A DNA stretch of 45,418 nt from Gemmatimonadota bacterium (GTDB lineage Bacteria > Latescibacterota > UBA2968 > UBA8231): contig JAYPJE010000034.1 of NCBI GenBank assembly GCA_038128265.1, positions 1-45,418 on the forward strand. The letters are read 5' to 3'. This document shows positions 1 to 9,160 of this stretch, piece by piece. Within the stretch, counting starts at the first letter, position 1. The number at the start of each line of letters is the position of its first letter. Made by a program: the position numbers and the translations under genes. Below the pieces are notes generated by a model. The model had not been told where the DNA came from. It searched no databases and saw only the letters and a list, made by a program, of their open reading frames with translations.

Positions 1-268
1 TGTTGAGCACCGGTCCGTTGCGCCAGTAGCTGTTGACCATCGACATCTGCCAGATCTCTTCAATGCGATCGACGTCGCGGCCGATGAGAAAGGGCTTGAG
101 ATGCTCATCAATCGCGGTTTTCACCGCCATAAAACGCTGCGTAAAGGTCGCACAGCCCAACCCGTACAGCCCATCGTCAGAAGTAATGATCTTGACGATA
201 ACTAGCTTTGAGCCGGCTGGCTGCGTTAAAATGGTCTGCACGTCCTTGATCGTTACTGTTTCTGCCAT
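1..268 (-). CDS. Enolase-superfamily acid-sugar dehydratase (RspA/ManD mannonate/gluconate dehydratase-like), N-terminal part; runs off the window start
   Basis: Not in the ORF track. Hand translation from ATG 268 (GGAG upstream): MAETVTIKDVQTILTQPAGSKLVIVKIITSDDGLYGLGCATFTQR...IGRDVDRIEEIWQMSMVNSYWRNGPVLN. GLGCATFTQR and YWRNGPVL match the RspA/ManD capping domain. Confidence 0.88.
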   Translation of the reverse strand, partial: MAETVTIKDVQTILTQPAGSKLVIVKIITSDDGLYGLGCATFTQRFMAVKTAIDEHLKPFLIGRDVDRIEEIWQMSMVNSYWRNGPVLN

Positions 269-578
269 GATATGCTCCAGTAGTTAGATATATAACTGTT
301 GTTTGCTAAGGCGATTCTTCGCACCACGCTCCTTTGCGCATTGCAGTTCCTGACACGCGCGTGGACGCCCGCACAACGTGCGTCTGGGCAGCAGCGCGAC
401 CAAGCCATTGCAGCGCACCGCGGCACTCGCTGGTGTGAACACGCCAGCCGCTCCCAACTATCCGTTCAAAGCCCCTGCGTGCACGCCCGGTTAAGCAGAT
501 ACTGTCAACGAGAGTAAAGTAGTCGATCGGACTCGTTCCATCAATCGACACGCCGCTCAAACAGGTCCTTTTGCCAAC

Positions 579-607
579 TTGCCGTGGACCCTTTACCTGC
601 TTAGTTT
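579..607 (+). promoter_or_regulatory. Possible sigma70 promoter for uppP
   Basis: TTGCCG(579-584)-N17-TAGTTT(602-607), 27 nt before the uppP ATG; imperfect consensus match. Confidence 0.35.
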
Positions 608-634
608 GGCTCAAACGTTAAATGGATCGATCTC

Positions 635-1456
635 ATGACCTGGCTGCAAGCACTCGTCCTCGGCGTCGTTCAGGGCCTAACCGAATTCCTACCCATCAGC
701 AGCACGGCGCATCTGCGCATCGTACCGCACTACCTAGGCTGGGGCGATCCCGGCATCGCCTTTTCGGCCGTTATCCAGCTAGGCACTCTCTTTGCCGTCT
801 TTGCCTACTTTGCCGGCGATGTGAAAATGCTCGTCGTAGCGGCGTTTGACGGGCTACGCCACCGCGACTTCAAGCGCAGTCCGGAGACGCTGTTGGCTTT
901 TTCTATTGCAGCGGGCACCGTGCCCATAGCCGTGCTCGGCCTCGGCTTTAAAGACCTCATTGAGACGGAGGCCCGCGGTCTGCATATCATTGGCAGTGCA
1001 CTGATTGCGCTGGCCCTCGCCCTGATGGCATCCGAGCGCCTAGGCAAGCGCCGACTCGATATGCAGCAGCTCGGTTTCTGGCAGATTCAGTGCATCGGTC
1101 TATGCCAGGCCCTCGCCCTTATTCCCGGCTGTTCGCGCTCCGGGTCGACGATTATGGGCGGGCTCTTTATCGGCCTCAAGCGGAGCGAAGCGGCGCGCTT
1201 TTCCTTTCTGCTGGGCCTACCGGCTATCGGCGCCAGCGGTCTGCTCGAATTCTTAGACCTGCTCGAAGGGGGCTTGGGCGAAGAAGGCCTGATCAATATC
1301 GGCGTCGGCATTCTGGCCGCAGCCATCAGCGGCTACGCCTCCATTGGTTTTCTCCTGCGCTTTTTGCAGCGCTACGGAACCGACGTCTTTTCCATCTATC
1401 GCATTATCCTCGGCAGCCTCATCCTCTACGGCCTCAGCGCAGGGAGCACGCCATGA
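635..1456 (+). CDS. uppP: Undecaprenyl-diphosphate phosphatase (BacA family)
   Basis: Motifs GVVQGLTEFLPISSTAHL and QALALIPGCSRSGSTI, plus AARFSFLL; 273-aa hydrophobic protein. Confidence 0.97.
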   Translation: MTWLQALVLGVVQGLTEFLPISSTAHLRIVPHYLGWGDPGIAFSAVIQLGTLFAVFAYFAGDVKMLVVAAFDGLRHRDFKRSPETLLAFSIAAGTVPIAVLGLGFKDLIETEARGLHIIGSALIALALALMASERLGKRRLDMQQLGFWQIQCIGLCQALALIPGCSRSGSTIMGGLFIGLKRSEAARFSFLLGLPAIGASGLLEFLDLLEGGLGEEGLINIGVGILAAAISGYASIGFLLRFLQRYGTDVFSIYRIILGSLILYGLSAGSTP

Positions 1457-2232
1457 CGTATCCCAACCCACTCAAAAAGCGCCTGCAAAATGGCGAAATT
1501 ATCTTCGGTTCGGGCCTGCCCGCCTTCACGCCGCACGTGGCTGGGGCCATTTTGAGCACAGAGCCCGACTTTCTGTGGATCGATACCGAGCACATGCCCT
1601 ACGGCATGGAGTCGTTGGACTACCTGCCCGTGCTGGCGCGCATGCGCGGCGTTGCACCGATGATCCGCGTGGCCTGGAACGATCCGGCGCTTATAAAAAA
1701 AGCGTACGACGTCGGCGCCGTCGCCGTTATGGTGCCCCAAATTGATACCGCAGAGGACGCCGAACGCGCCGTGCAATACGCGCGCTATGCCCCCGAAGGA
1801 CAGCGCGGTCTATCGCCGATGTGGACGCGCATAGCCGGCGCCGACTGGGATACCGTCATCAAGACGGCCAACGAGGAGACGCTGCTCGTCGTGCAAATGG
1901 AAAGCCAAAAGGCCTACGAAAACCTCGATGAGATCAAGCAGGTGCCCGGCATCGACGTGCTTATGGTGGGACCGCTCGACCTGTCGGCCACCGTCGGCAC
2001 CATGTGCCAGACCAACTCGCCGCAGGTTCAGGAGATTATGGAAGACGTGCCTAAGCGCTTGGAGGGAAGCGGCCTAGTGGCGGCTACGACGCTGATGGAT
2101 GTAGCTGAAATCCAGCAGAAGGTGCGCTGGGGCTATCGCTTTCTCAACGTGGGCAGCGCGCTCGGCTACGGAACCGAGGTGCTGACCGAACACTTTCAAA
2201 CGCTGCGCGCCAATCCAAACGGAACGCAGTAG
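1453..2232 (+). CDS. HpcH/HpaI family class II aldolase (2-keto-3-deoxy-sugar-acid aldolase-like), 259 aa
   Basis: Motifs WIDTEH, YAPEGQRG, VQMES and VGPLDLS. Start placed at ATG 1453, overlapping the uppP TGA (ATGA), rather than the track's 1090. Confidence 0.9.
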   Translation: MTYPNPLKKRLQNGEIIFGSGLPAFTPHVAGAILSTEPDFLWIDTEHMPYGMESLDYLPVLARMRGVAPMIRVAWNDPALIKKAYDVGAVAVMVPQIDTAEDAERAVQYARYAPEGQRGLSPMWTRIAGADWDTVIKTANEETLLVVQMESQKAYENLDEIKQVPGIDVLMVGPLDLSATVGTMCQTNSPQVQEIMEDVPKRLEGSGLVAATTLMDVAEIQQKVRWGYRFLNVGSALGYGTEVLTEHFQTLRANPNGTQ

Positions 2233-2254
2233 CGCACACGAATAGGTTCTTGCC

Positions 2255-5200
2255 ATGGGTACACTCGCCATTCCTTGGTCGCCGCGCCGGCTGTTGGCAG
2301 GTCGCACCTTTCGGCTCCCCGTGCAATCGCAGGACGGCACTGCACTCGACGTAGACGCGGCTTCTTTCGCTCTGCTCGACCGGCGCTACAGTGCACGCGA
2401 CGGTGCTTGGTATCTCTATTTGCGCGCACCCAACCACAGCACAGAAGGCCACATCATCGTGCGCCAGGGCGGAGCATCGGCTTCGACGCGCATCGAGGTG
2501 CACACGCTCAACGAGCTGAGACAGCACGGTGCGCACGGCGCAGCCCAGTGGCCGCGCCGCTGGCCGCTAGGTCAAGCACTCGTTTCGCGCAAAACGCGTC
2601 AAACGCTCACACAAGAACCGCTGGCCGCAGCCGACGGGGAGGCTGTGCGCTTTTGGCTCGACCTCGACGACGACGTGCTCTGGCGCCAGTTGCCCAATGC
2701 CGAAATGCCGCGCGCCCACTTTGCCAACGTGCACCAGGGATGCCCCCAGTGCGGCACGGCAATCTTTACCCACGGCGGCTTTTACCCGTGGCTGCGCTCG
2801 CACACGCCCATCGATTATCGGTCTACCTGTCCCAGCTGCCGCGCTGTATTTCCCAGCAACGACTTGGCCAACGGCGATTTTACCACCGGTGCCTTTCCCG
2901 ACGACGGCTACGGCTATTTCGACGCGGATGGACACCTATTCCTCTTCGCTGCGACGTACGCGCGCGATCAGGTGCGCGCATTTGGCGCGGGCATAGGGCA
3001 CCTGACATCGGCTCTACACGCACAGCCCGATACGACGACCGCGCGCACGCTGGCCCTCATGCTGCTGCGCTACGCCGTAGAAATCGTCTACTTGGGCGCC
3101 GTGCCGCAGTTCCGCTACGGACCTTCAGAAGGCGTAGAAAAACCGTGGAACTGGGGTCAGCCGGATTGGTCCGGTGAGGAGCTCGGCGCCAAGGGCATGC
3201 TGCGCTACTGCATTGACGTGCCCTATATCAGCGAGGCGCTAGCGCTGGCCTACGACGCCGTCTGGCCGCTGCTGCGAGAGGATCGCGCGCTAGTCGAACG
3301 CGCCCAGTTGCTGGGCATAGAAGCCAACACACCGGACGACCTGCTCGCCCTAGTCGAAGAGATGCTAGCCTGTCAGCTGCAGTGCTGCCTAGACGGCGGC
3401 GCGCGCAGCAACCTACCGCGCGTCAGTCAAGCCGTGCTCGTGCTGCTGCGCGCACTCGACCGCGACGACGGGCAGGATGCGCTCGCCTGGCTTTACGACC
3501 GTGGACCGGACCGCCTGCGCACTTTTGGCGTCAATAACTTCTTTCCCGACGGCACACCGCCCGAAGCAACGGGCGGCTACAACAGCATTCACATCGATGG
3601 CCTCTTTGACCTGGAACACCACCTGCGCCAGCTGCGCCAGCTGCACCCTGATGCCTATCCGGAGGATCATTTCCCCTCGCTACTGGCCGATCCACGCGCT
3701 GTGCGCGTGGCGCGCGCGCCCATAGAGATTGCCACAATAGGCCGCTCCTGGCTGCAGTTTGGCGATGGATCCGCGCCCGGCTCGGCCGCACAGCTGGGCA
3801 AAGATGTGGACGAAGCCAAGCGGCTTACGCAGCCCGTCTTTTACGCCTCGATGCACCGCGAAACGCTGGGACGAGCCGCCGAGTACACCGGCGATCCCGT
3901 GCTGCGTTCCATGCGCGATGCCATTGCTTCCGGCGCACATCCACATCTCGGCAGCACCGTTCACGACGGCGTCGGCCTAGCCGTTCTGCGCACCGCCGAA
4001 GCGCCGGAGCGCGCCGCCGTTGGCGTGTGCTACGGCGACGCCACGGGCCATCGTCACATGGATCTGTTGGACACCCAGCTCTTTGCCTACGACCGCGTCT
4101 TTCTCGGCGATCTGGGCTATCCACAATCCTGGGCCAGCATCCAGCACTGGGAGGCACACTGGGCGACGCACAACAGCGGCTGGGGCATCGTAGATGGGCT
4201 CGACGAACGTCGCGTTGCCGGGCGCGGACGCCTGCTGCACGTAGTGCAGAGGCCCGGCCTGCAGATGCTCGATATCGCAGCCGAGCGCTGGGCGTGGGAC
4301 GCAGAAAAGAGCGCCTGGTACCGGCCCGGCGTCCAGCTGCGCCGCCTGTTGGCCCTAGTGGAGACCGACGAGGACGGCGTAGCGCTGATCGACCTGATGC
4401 GCATAGAAGGTGGGCGCGAGCACTGGCGTCTGTGCCGGGGCTGTGGCCCGGTGTTCTCTACGGATGTCGACCAGCAGCACCAGGGCGGCACGCTGGCCGG
4501 AGTTGCCATACAACGGGGCGACCTCAGCGCACTGCCCCATCCCGACTACGCCGCGCTGGCCTATATGGACGACGTGCAGCAGCTGGCCACCCCCGCGTCT
4601 TGGCGCGGCACGTGGACCATGGATAGCGAGGCGCACCTGGACATCTACCAGCTCCATGCCAGTGCCGGCGTCGCCGTTCGCAGCGCGCGCGCCACGGCGA
4701 TCATGGGCACGCCGGAAGAGTCGACCTACGCGTTTCGCACCTTGTCCTGGCGGCGCGACGCCCGCGACGGCGAACCGACCTGCGTCGATCTGATCTACGA
4801 GCCGCGCGTCGGTGCGAGCAACCTCGCCAGCGTGCATCATATCGCCGCCCAAGACACGGCCGCTGGCGTCTCAATAGAAACACGCTCGGGCAAACGCATA
4901 CGCCTCTATTGGGCACCCGACTCAAACGGCGAAGTAACGTTTGCCGACGGCACGCGCCTGCGCGGTGCCCTCGCCGCCGTTGTCGACGACCAGGTAACCA
5001 GCTGTGCGGCCACAGAAATATTCTTTGAGGGCCGTCGGCGCGCGCTGGCCAGTGGCACCCAGCAGGCCACCGTATGCGGCGTAGACGAAGCGGCCTGCAC
5101 GGTCGACGTCGAAGGGCTCGACCGCGCGACACCGGGCATGCGCGTGCGCACCGCTGCGCGCGGACGCAATTACCGAGTTGAACAGGTCGAACATTTGGGC

Positions 5201-5503
5201 GGCAATCGATGGCGCCTGACGCTCGACGTGACGACGATGCTGGGCAGGGGACGCGTGCTCTCGGCGTCGGCTAACGCCATCGAACTGGACTTTTGTATTA
5301 TGGCGCGCACCGGCTACCTACACGAAGCCTATCTGCGCAACCCTGCAGGTGACAGTGCACCCATTGCCTCGGCCTACAACCGCGACCACGAGAGCACATC
5401 GATCCAGCTGCACACCGCGCTGGCGAATGTAGAAGAAGGAATGTGGTTGGAAGCGGTCGACTGCGTGCCGGGCGACAGCGTCCTCGTAAACACTACCGGG
5501 TGA
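2255..5503 (+). CDS. Heparinase II/III-like (polysaccharide-lyase fold) protein, 1082 aa, with an N-terminal CxxC...CxxC segment and no signal peptide
   Basis: Helical middle region with FPDGTPPEATGGYN, then GHRHMDLLDTQLFAYDRVFLGDLGYP...HN, resembling the GHxHxD...DxGY...HN heparinase II/III signature. Confidence 0.65.
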   Translation: MGTLAIPWSPRRLLAGRTFRLPVQSQDGTALDVDAASFALLDRRYSARDGAWYLYLRAPNHSTEGHIIVRQGGASASTRIEVHTLNELRQHGAHGAAQWPRRWPLGQALVSRKTRQTLTQEPLAAADGEAVRFWLDLDDDVLWRQLPNAEMPRAHFANVHQGCPQCGTAIFTHGGFYPWLRSHTPIDYRSTCPSCRAVFPSNDLANGDFTTGAFPDDGYGYFDADGHLFLFAATYARDQVRAFGAGIGHLTSALHAQPDTTTARTLALMLLRYAVEIVYLGAVPQFRYGPSEGVEKPWNWGQPDWSGEELGAKGMLRYCIDVPYISEALALAYDAVWPLLREDRALVERAQLLGIEANTPDDLLALVEEMLACQLQCCLDGGARSNLPRVSQAVLVLLRALDRDDGQDALAWLYDRGPDRLRTFGVNNFFPDGTPPEATGGYNSIHIDGLFDLEHHLRQLRQLHPDAYPEDHFPSLLADPRAVRVARAPIEIATIGRSWLQFGDGSAPGSAAQLGKDVDEAKRLTQPVFYASMHRETLGRAAEYTGDPVLRSMRDAIASGAHPHLGSTVHDGVGLAVLRTAEAPERAAVGVCYGDATGHRHMDLLDTQLFAYDRVFLGDLGYPQSWASIQHWEAHWATHNSGWGIVDGLDERRVAGRGRLLHVVQRPGLQMLDIAAERWAWDAEKSAWYRPGVQLRRLLALVETDEDGVALIDLMRIEGGREHWRLCRGCGPVFSTDVDQQHQGGTLAGVAIQRGDLSALPHPDYAALAYMDDVQQLATPASWRGTWTMDSEAHLDIYQLHASAGVAVRSARATAIMGTPEESTYAFRTLSWRRDARDGEPTCVDLIYEPRVGASNLASVHHIAAQDTAAGVSIETRSGKRIRLYWAPDSNGEVTFADGTRLRGALAAVVDDQVTSCAATEIFFEGRRRALASGTQQATVCGVDEAACTVDVEGLDRATPGMRVRTAARGRNYRVEQVEHLGGNRWRLTLDVTTMLGRGRVLSASANAIELDFCIMARTGYLHEAYLRNPAGDSAPIASAYNRDHESTSIQLHTALANVEEGMWLEAVDCVPGDSVLVNTTG

Positions 5504-5690
5504 CGCGCCCGCGTGCCTTTTGTGCACGGCGCACCAAAAATTCCCACGTTTGCCAGCAGCGCGTGCCGCTAGCCCACTCTGCGCCAACTGCGGCGATTTT
5601 TTATACACTTCTGACGCTGCGCCAAAGCCAGCGCGTAGCAGTTGCTTGCATCGCATCGTATTTGTGTGGCTGAATGCGGCGGTTGGCACC

Positions 5691-5696
5691 TATAAT
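5691..5696 (+). promoter_or_regulatory. Possible -10 box upstream of the DUF6785-like gene
   Basis: Perfect TATAAT 30 nt before ATG 5727; no convincing -35. Confidence 0.35.
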
Positions 5697-5726
5697 AGCA
5701 TATTCTCCATCAACGAAACGCCCCCA

Positions 5727-7694
5727 ATGGCAGCTGATCTCACACAGCACCGACCCCACATCGATCCCGATTCCGCTTCCGCCTACAGCGTCCGAGCCAT
5801 CTTGGTTGGCTGCGCAGGTGCCTTCTGCGTTTCAGCGGGTGCGGCCTACGGCACGCTCTATCTGCACGGCTCTTTTATGGCCCTGGGCACCAGCATGCCC
5901 GGCGCGGTATTTATTCTCTTCATACTGTGTCTATTTGCAAATCCTACCCTCAGGTGGCTCTATCCGCGCGCAGCTCTGCATCGCCGTGAATTGCTTGTCG
6001 TCTACATCATGATGGTAATGGCCTCGCCCATTCCAACGCTTTTCGTCGGCAAATTTTTGAGCGCTATCAGTTACCCGTTCTATTACGCTACAGTGGAGAA
6101 CGAGTGGCGAGCCCTGCTCCACCCCTATATACCGGGTTGGCTGATTGTAAATGATCTAGAAGTGGTGCGCGCCTTTTACGAGGGAGGTGAGCGCGATAGC
6201 CCACTGCCATGGGAAGTTTGGCGCTCCGTTTTCTGGGTGTGGACACCCTTTGTCTGTGCACTCTTCATGCTCATGATTTCGTCTATGTCGATCATGCGCA
6301 AGCAGTGGGTCTCACACGAGCGCCTAATCTACCCGCTGATGCAAGTGCCCTTGGCGATGACCAGCGAAGGCGCAGCGAACGAGCGCCTGAGCCCTTTTTT
6401 TAAAAACCCCGTCATGTGGGCCGGTTTCGCGCTGCCTGCCATGTGGGGTACTCTGCACGGTCTTTACAACTACTTTCCCGACGTTATGCCCATCGCCCGC
6501 GACGTGGATCCACTGCGCATGAGTATAGGTGTTTTTGAGGGCACGCCCGACCTCTTTATCGCGCTGCGCTTTAACATCATCGGCTTCTTTTACTTTCTCA
6601 AGACAGATATCGCCTTCAGCCTGTGGTTTTTCAACCTGCTCTCCTTTGTCGCCCGCGGTATCTTCGCCGCGTTGGGACTGGCTAGTAGCCACGCCGGAGG
6701 GGCCGGCCACGCAGTGCGCGACCCCTTCCTCGCCTTTCAGGCCATGGGAGCCGTACTAGTGCTCTGTGCCGGTGGTGTGTGGACCGCGCGCAACCACCTG
6801 CGCTCCGTCTGGCGCAAGGCAATCCACGGAGATTCTACCGTAGACGATAGCGCAGAAATTCTCTCCTACCGAGCCGCGCTTGTCTCCGTAGTCGTCTCCG
6901 TCACAATCCTCGTCGGTTGGCTGTGGCTGGCCGGACTGCCCCTGCTCTTCGGGGTGGCGATCCTCTTTCTTGGCTTCATAGTGATCTTCGCCTATGCGCG
7001 CGTGGTCGCCGAGGGCGGTCTATCGGACGGCGAACCGCCCGTCGTTCCCGCAGGTATGCTCGTATCGGCTGTGGGCTCGTCGGCCATTGGTCCGCAGGGG
7101 TTAGTCGTGTTGGCGACGACCTTTTTGTGGACTACTGGACGCAACTTTGTCATGGTCTCCTGCGCCAATAGCCTTCGTTTAGGGGAAGAATTGGGACCTC
7201 GGCGCCGACCGCTGTTCTGGGTAATGGTGCTGGCACTGTGCGTTGCCTTTGGCGCGGCGCTATGGGTCGTGCTGAGTCTGAGCCACCAACATGGCGCAAT
7301 CAATTTGTGGATCTGGCAGGGCGGCAATTACGCGTATGCAGAACAGCTCATCCGCAACCCGAGTGCACCGTACGGATGGGGTTGGTTTAATATGGGGATA
7401 GGCGCCGCCATTACGGGCGGCCTGATGATTGCTCGCTGGCTCTACGCTTGGTGGCCCCTGCATCCATTGGGCTACGTCATAGGCCCCATATGGATCATGG
7501 ATCACCTGTGGTTCAACATGTTAATCGCTTGGCTAATAAAGGTGTTGGTGCTCAAGTACGGCGGGGTAAAACTCTATTTAAAGACGCGCCCGTTTTTCAT
7601 TGGAATGATCCTGGGATACTTTACGCCGGGCGGCTTCTTCCTCGTCATCGATCACTTCACCGGCATGACGTGGAATATCATTTTCTGGGGCTAG
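5727..7694 (+). CDS. Polytopic membrane protein, DUF6785/DUF6784-like putative transporter, 655 aa
   Basis: Many hydrophobic segments. RKQWVSHERLIYPL, WWPLHPLGY and KYGG...RPFFIGMILG are motifs I recall from this uncharacterised family. Start placed at ATG 5727 (MAADL), downstream of the TATAAT. Confidence 0.7.
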   Translation: MAADLTQHRPHIDPDSASAYSVRAILVGCAGAFCVSAGAAYGTLYLHGSFMALGTSMPGAVFILFILCLFANPTLRWLYPRAALHRRELLVVYIMMVMASPIPTLFVGKFLSAISYPFYYATVENEWRALLHPYIPGWLIVNDLEVVRAFYEGGERDSPLPWEVWRSVFWVWTPFVCALFMLMISSMSIMRKQWVSHERLIYPLMQVPLAMTSEGAANERLSPFFKNPVMWAGFALPAMWGTLHGLYNYFPDVMPIARDVDPLRMSIGVFEGTPDLFIALRFNIIGFFYFLKTDIAFSLWFFNLLSFVARGIFAALGLASSHAGGAGHAVRDPFLAFQAMGAVLVLCAGGVWTARNHLRSVWRKAIHGDSTVDDSAEILSYRAALVSVVVSVTILVGWLWLAGLPLLFGVAILFLGFIVIFAYARVVAEGGLSDGEPPVVPAGMLVSAVGSSAIGPQGLVVLATTFLWTTGRNFVMVSCANSLRLGEELGPRRRPLFWVMVLALCVAFGAALWVVLSLSHQHGAINLWIWQGGNYAYAEQLIRNPSAPYGWGWFNMGIGAAITGGLMIARWLYAWWPLHPLGYVIGPIWIMDHLWFNMLIAWLIKVLVLKYGGVKLYLKTRPFFIGMILGYFTPGGFFLVIDHFTGMTWNIIFWG

Positions 7695-7702
7695 GTGTGG
7701 CG

Positions 7703-9160
7703 CTAGCGCGTGCTCTTGCCGGCCAGCACAAACCAGACTGTCTGAAACATGATTTTGATATCGAGCTTCAGCGACATGTTCTCGATGTAGTAGAGATCGT
7801 ACTCGAGACGCTCCCGTGCAATGCCCACTACATCGGTGGAATTTAGGTCAAATTCGTGCTTGGCCTGCGCCCAGCCCAACAGTCCGGGTTTGACGTTAAA
7901 CCGACGCATGTAAAGCGGAATCTGCTCGCGGAACTGGTCGACAAAAAACGGGCGCTCCGGCCGCGGCCCTACCAGCGACATATCTCCGCGCAAAAAGTTG
8001 ATGCACTGTGGGATTTCATCTAGGTGCAGCGTGCGCAAAATCTTGCCAATGCTAGTAACGCGCGGATCTTCGCCCTGTACCCAAACCGGTCCCGTCTTTT
8101 CCTCTGCATCTATGCGCATCGAGCGAAACTTGTACATCGTAAAGGGTTTGCCGCCAACGCCGACGCGCTCTTGGCGAAAGAGCACCGGCCCCTTGGACGT
8201 CAGCTTGATCACGGCAATGACCAGCAGCCAGAGCGGTGACAGCAGGCACAAAATACCGGTGGCCACCCCAACGTCGATCAGGCGCTTGGCCGACTGCTCC
8301 CACACCGACATCAGCTCGGGCTTGAGCTCCATCAGCGGCACGCCGTAGATCTGCGTCGTGCGCACGTGCCCGGTGACGATGTCGTAAAGGTCCGGCGTGA
8401 TGCTGAAGGCAACGGGCTGGCCCTCGGCCGCGGCGACGATACCGAGTATTTCCTCGTGTGAATTCGACTGTAGCGCGATGAGCACGACCTCGATCCGTTC
8501 CTTTAAAACAAGGCGAGCTAGGTCGTCAACTCCTCCCAGAACGGGCAGCCCACCCACTTCACCGCGTTCTTCTTCGCCGGCCGCGCGCACAAAACCAACG
8601 ATTTGAAACTCGCTATCGGGCACCATGCGCAAGTCGTGCAGGAGCCGCGCACCGCGCGCGTCGCTGCCGACAATAAGCGTCTTGCGACGACCGATGCCAC
8701 GCAGCAGCAGCTGGCGCTCAAAGCTGCGCACCAGCACGCGACCACCGGCGGTAAAACACAGCAAGCCCAGCCAATAGAAGAAGATCAGAAAGCGCGTGAT
8801 GCGTATATCCCCCTGATCAAAGGTGGCGACAAAGGCGAGCAACACGCCCAGCGTCACCACCTTTAATACCTCGAGTCCCTCGTCAAAACGCGAATGCGAG
8901 GGCGGCAGGCGATACAGACCAAAAAAGAAGAACAGCAGCAGCCAGCAGGCAGAAATCAACAGCAAAACGTCGGAATAATAGCTGAGGGTATACCAGACCG
9001 TCGGCCCGCCCTCGGCCTGCGGATAGAGCCGCTGCCAGCTCAGGTTAACGGTCTCGAGCGCGCCGCCGGCAAACTTCATCCACACGAAAATAATCGAGGC
9101 AATATTGACGGCCGCGATATCGACCAGCAGCAGGAGAACAATGCGTTGAAATAGAGACAT
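7703..9160 (-). CDS. Polyprenyl-phosphate priming glycosylphosphotransferase (WcaJ/WbaP family), 485 aa
   Basis: N-terminal TM helices, CoA-binding-like middle domain, and C-terminal KRLID, FRQERVG, KFRSM, DPRVT, LDEIPQ, GDMSLVGPRPERP, YDLYY. ATG 9160 overlaps the upstream TAA. Confidence 0.95.
   Translation of the reverse strand: MSLFQRIVLLLLVDIAAVNIASIIFVWMKFAGGALETVNLSWQRLYPQAEGGPTVWYTLSYYSDVLLLISACWLLLFFFFGLYRLPPSHSRFDEGLEVLKVVTLGVLLAFVATFDQGDIRITRFLIFFYWLGLLCFTAGGRVLVRSFERQLLLRGIGRRKTLIVGSDARGARLLHDLRMVPDSEFQIVGFVRAAGEEERGEVGGLPVLGGVDDLARLVLKERIEVVLIALQSNSHEEILGIVAAAEGQPVAFSITPDLYDIVTGHVRTTQIYGVPLMELKPELMSVWEQSAKRLIDVGVATGILCLLSPLWLLVIAVIKLTSKGPVLFRQERVGVGGKPFTMYKFRSMRIDAEEKTGPVWVQGEDPRVTSIGKILRTLHLDEIPQCINFLRGDMSLVGPRPERPFFVDQFREQIPLYMRRFNVKPGLLGWAQAKHEFDLNSTDVVGIARERLEYDLYYIENMSLKLDIKIMFQTVWFVLAGKSTR

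Noticed and set aside
5683..5700. Possible sigma54 promoter TTGGCAC...TAGCA
   Set aside because: The GG-to-GC spacing is 11 nt rather than the required 10.
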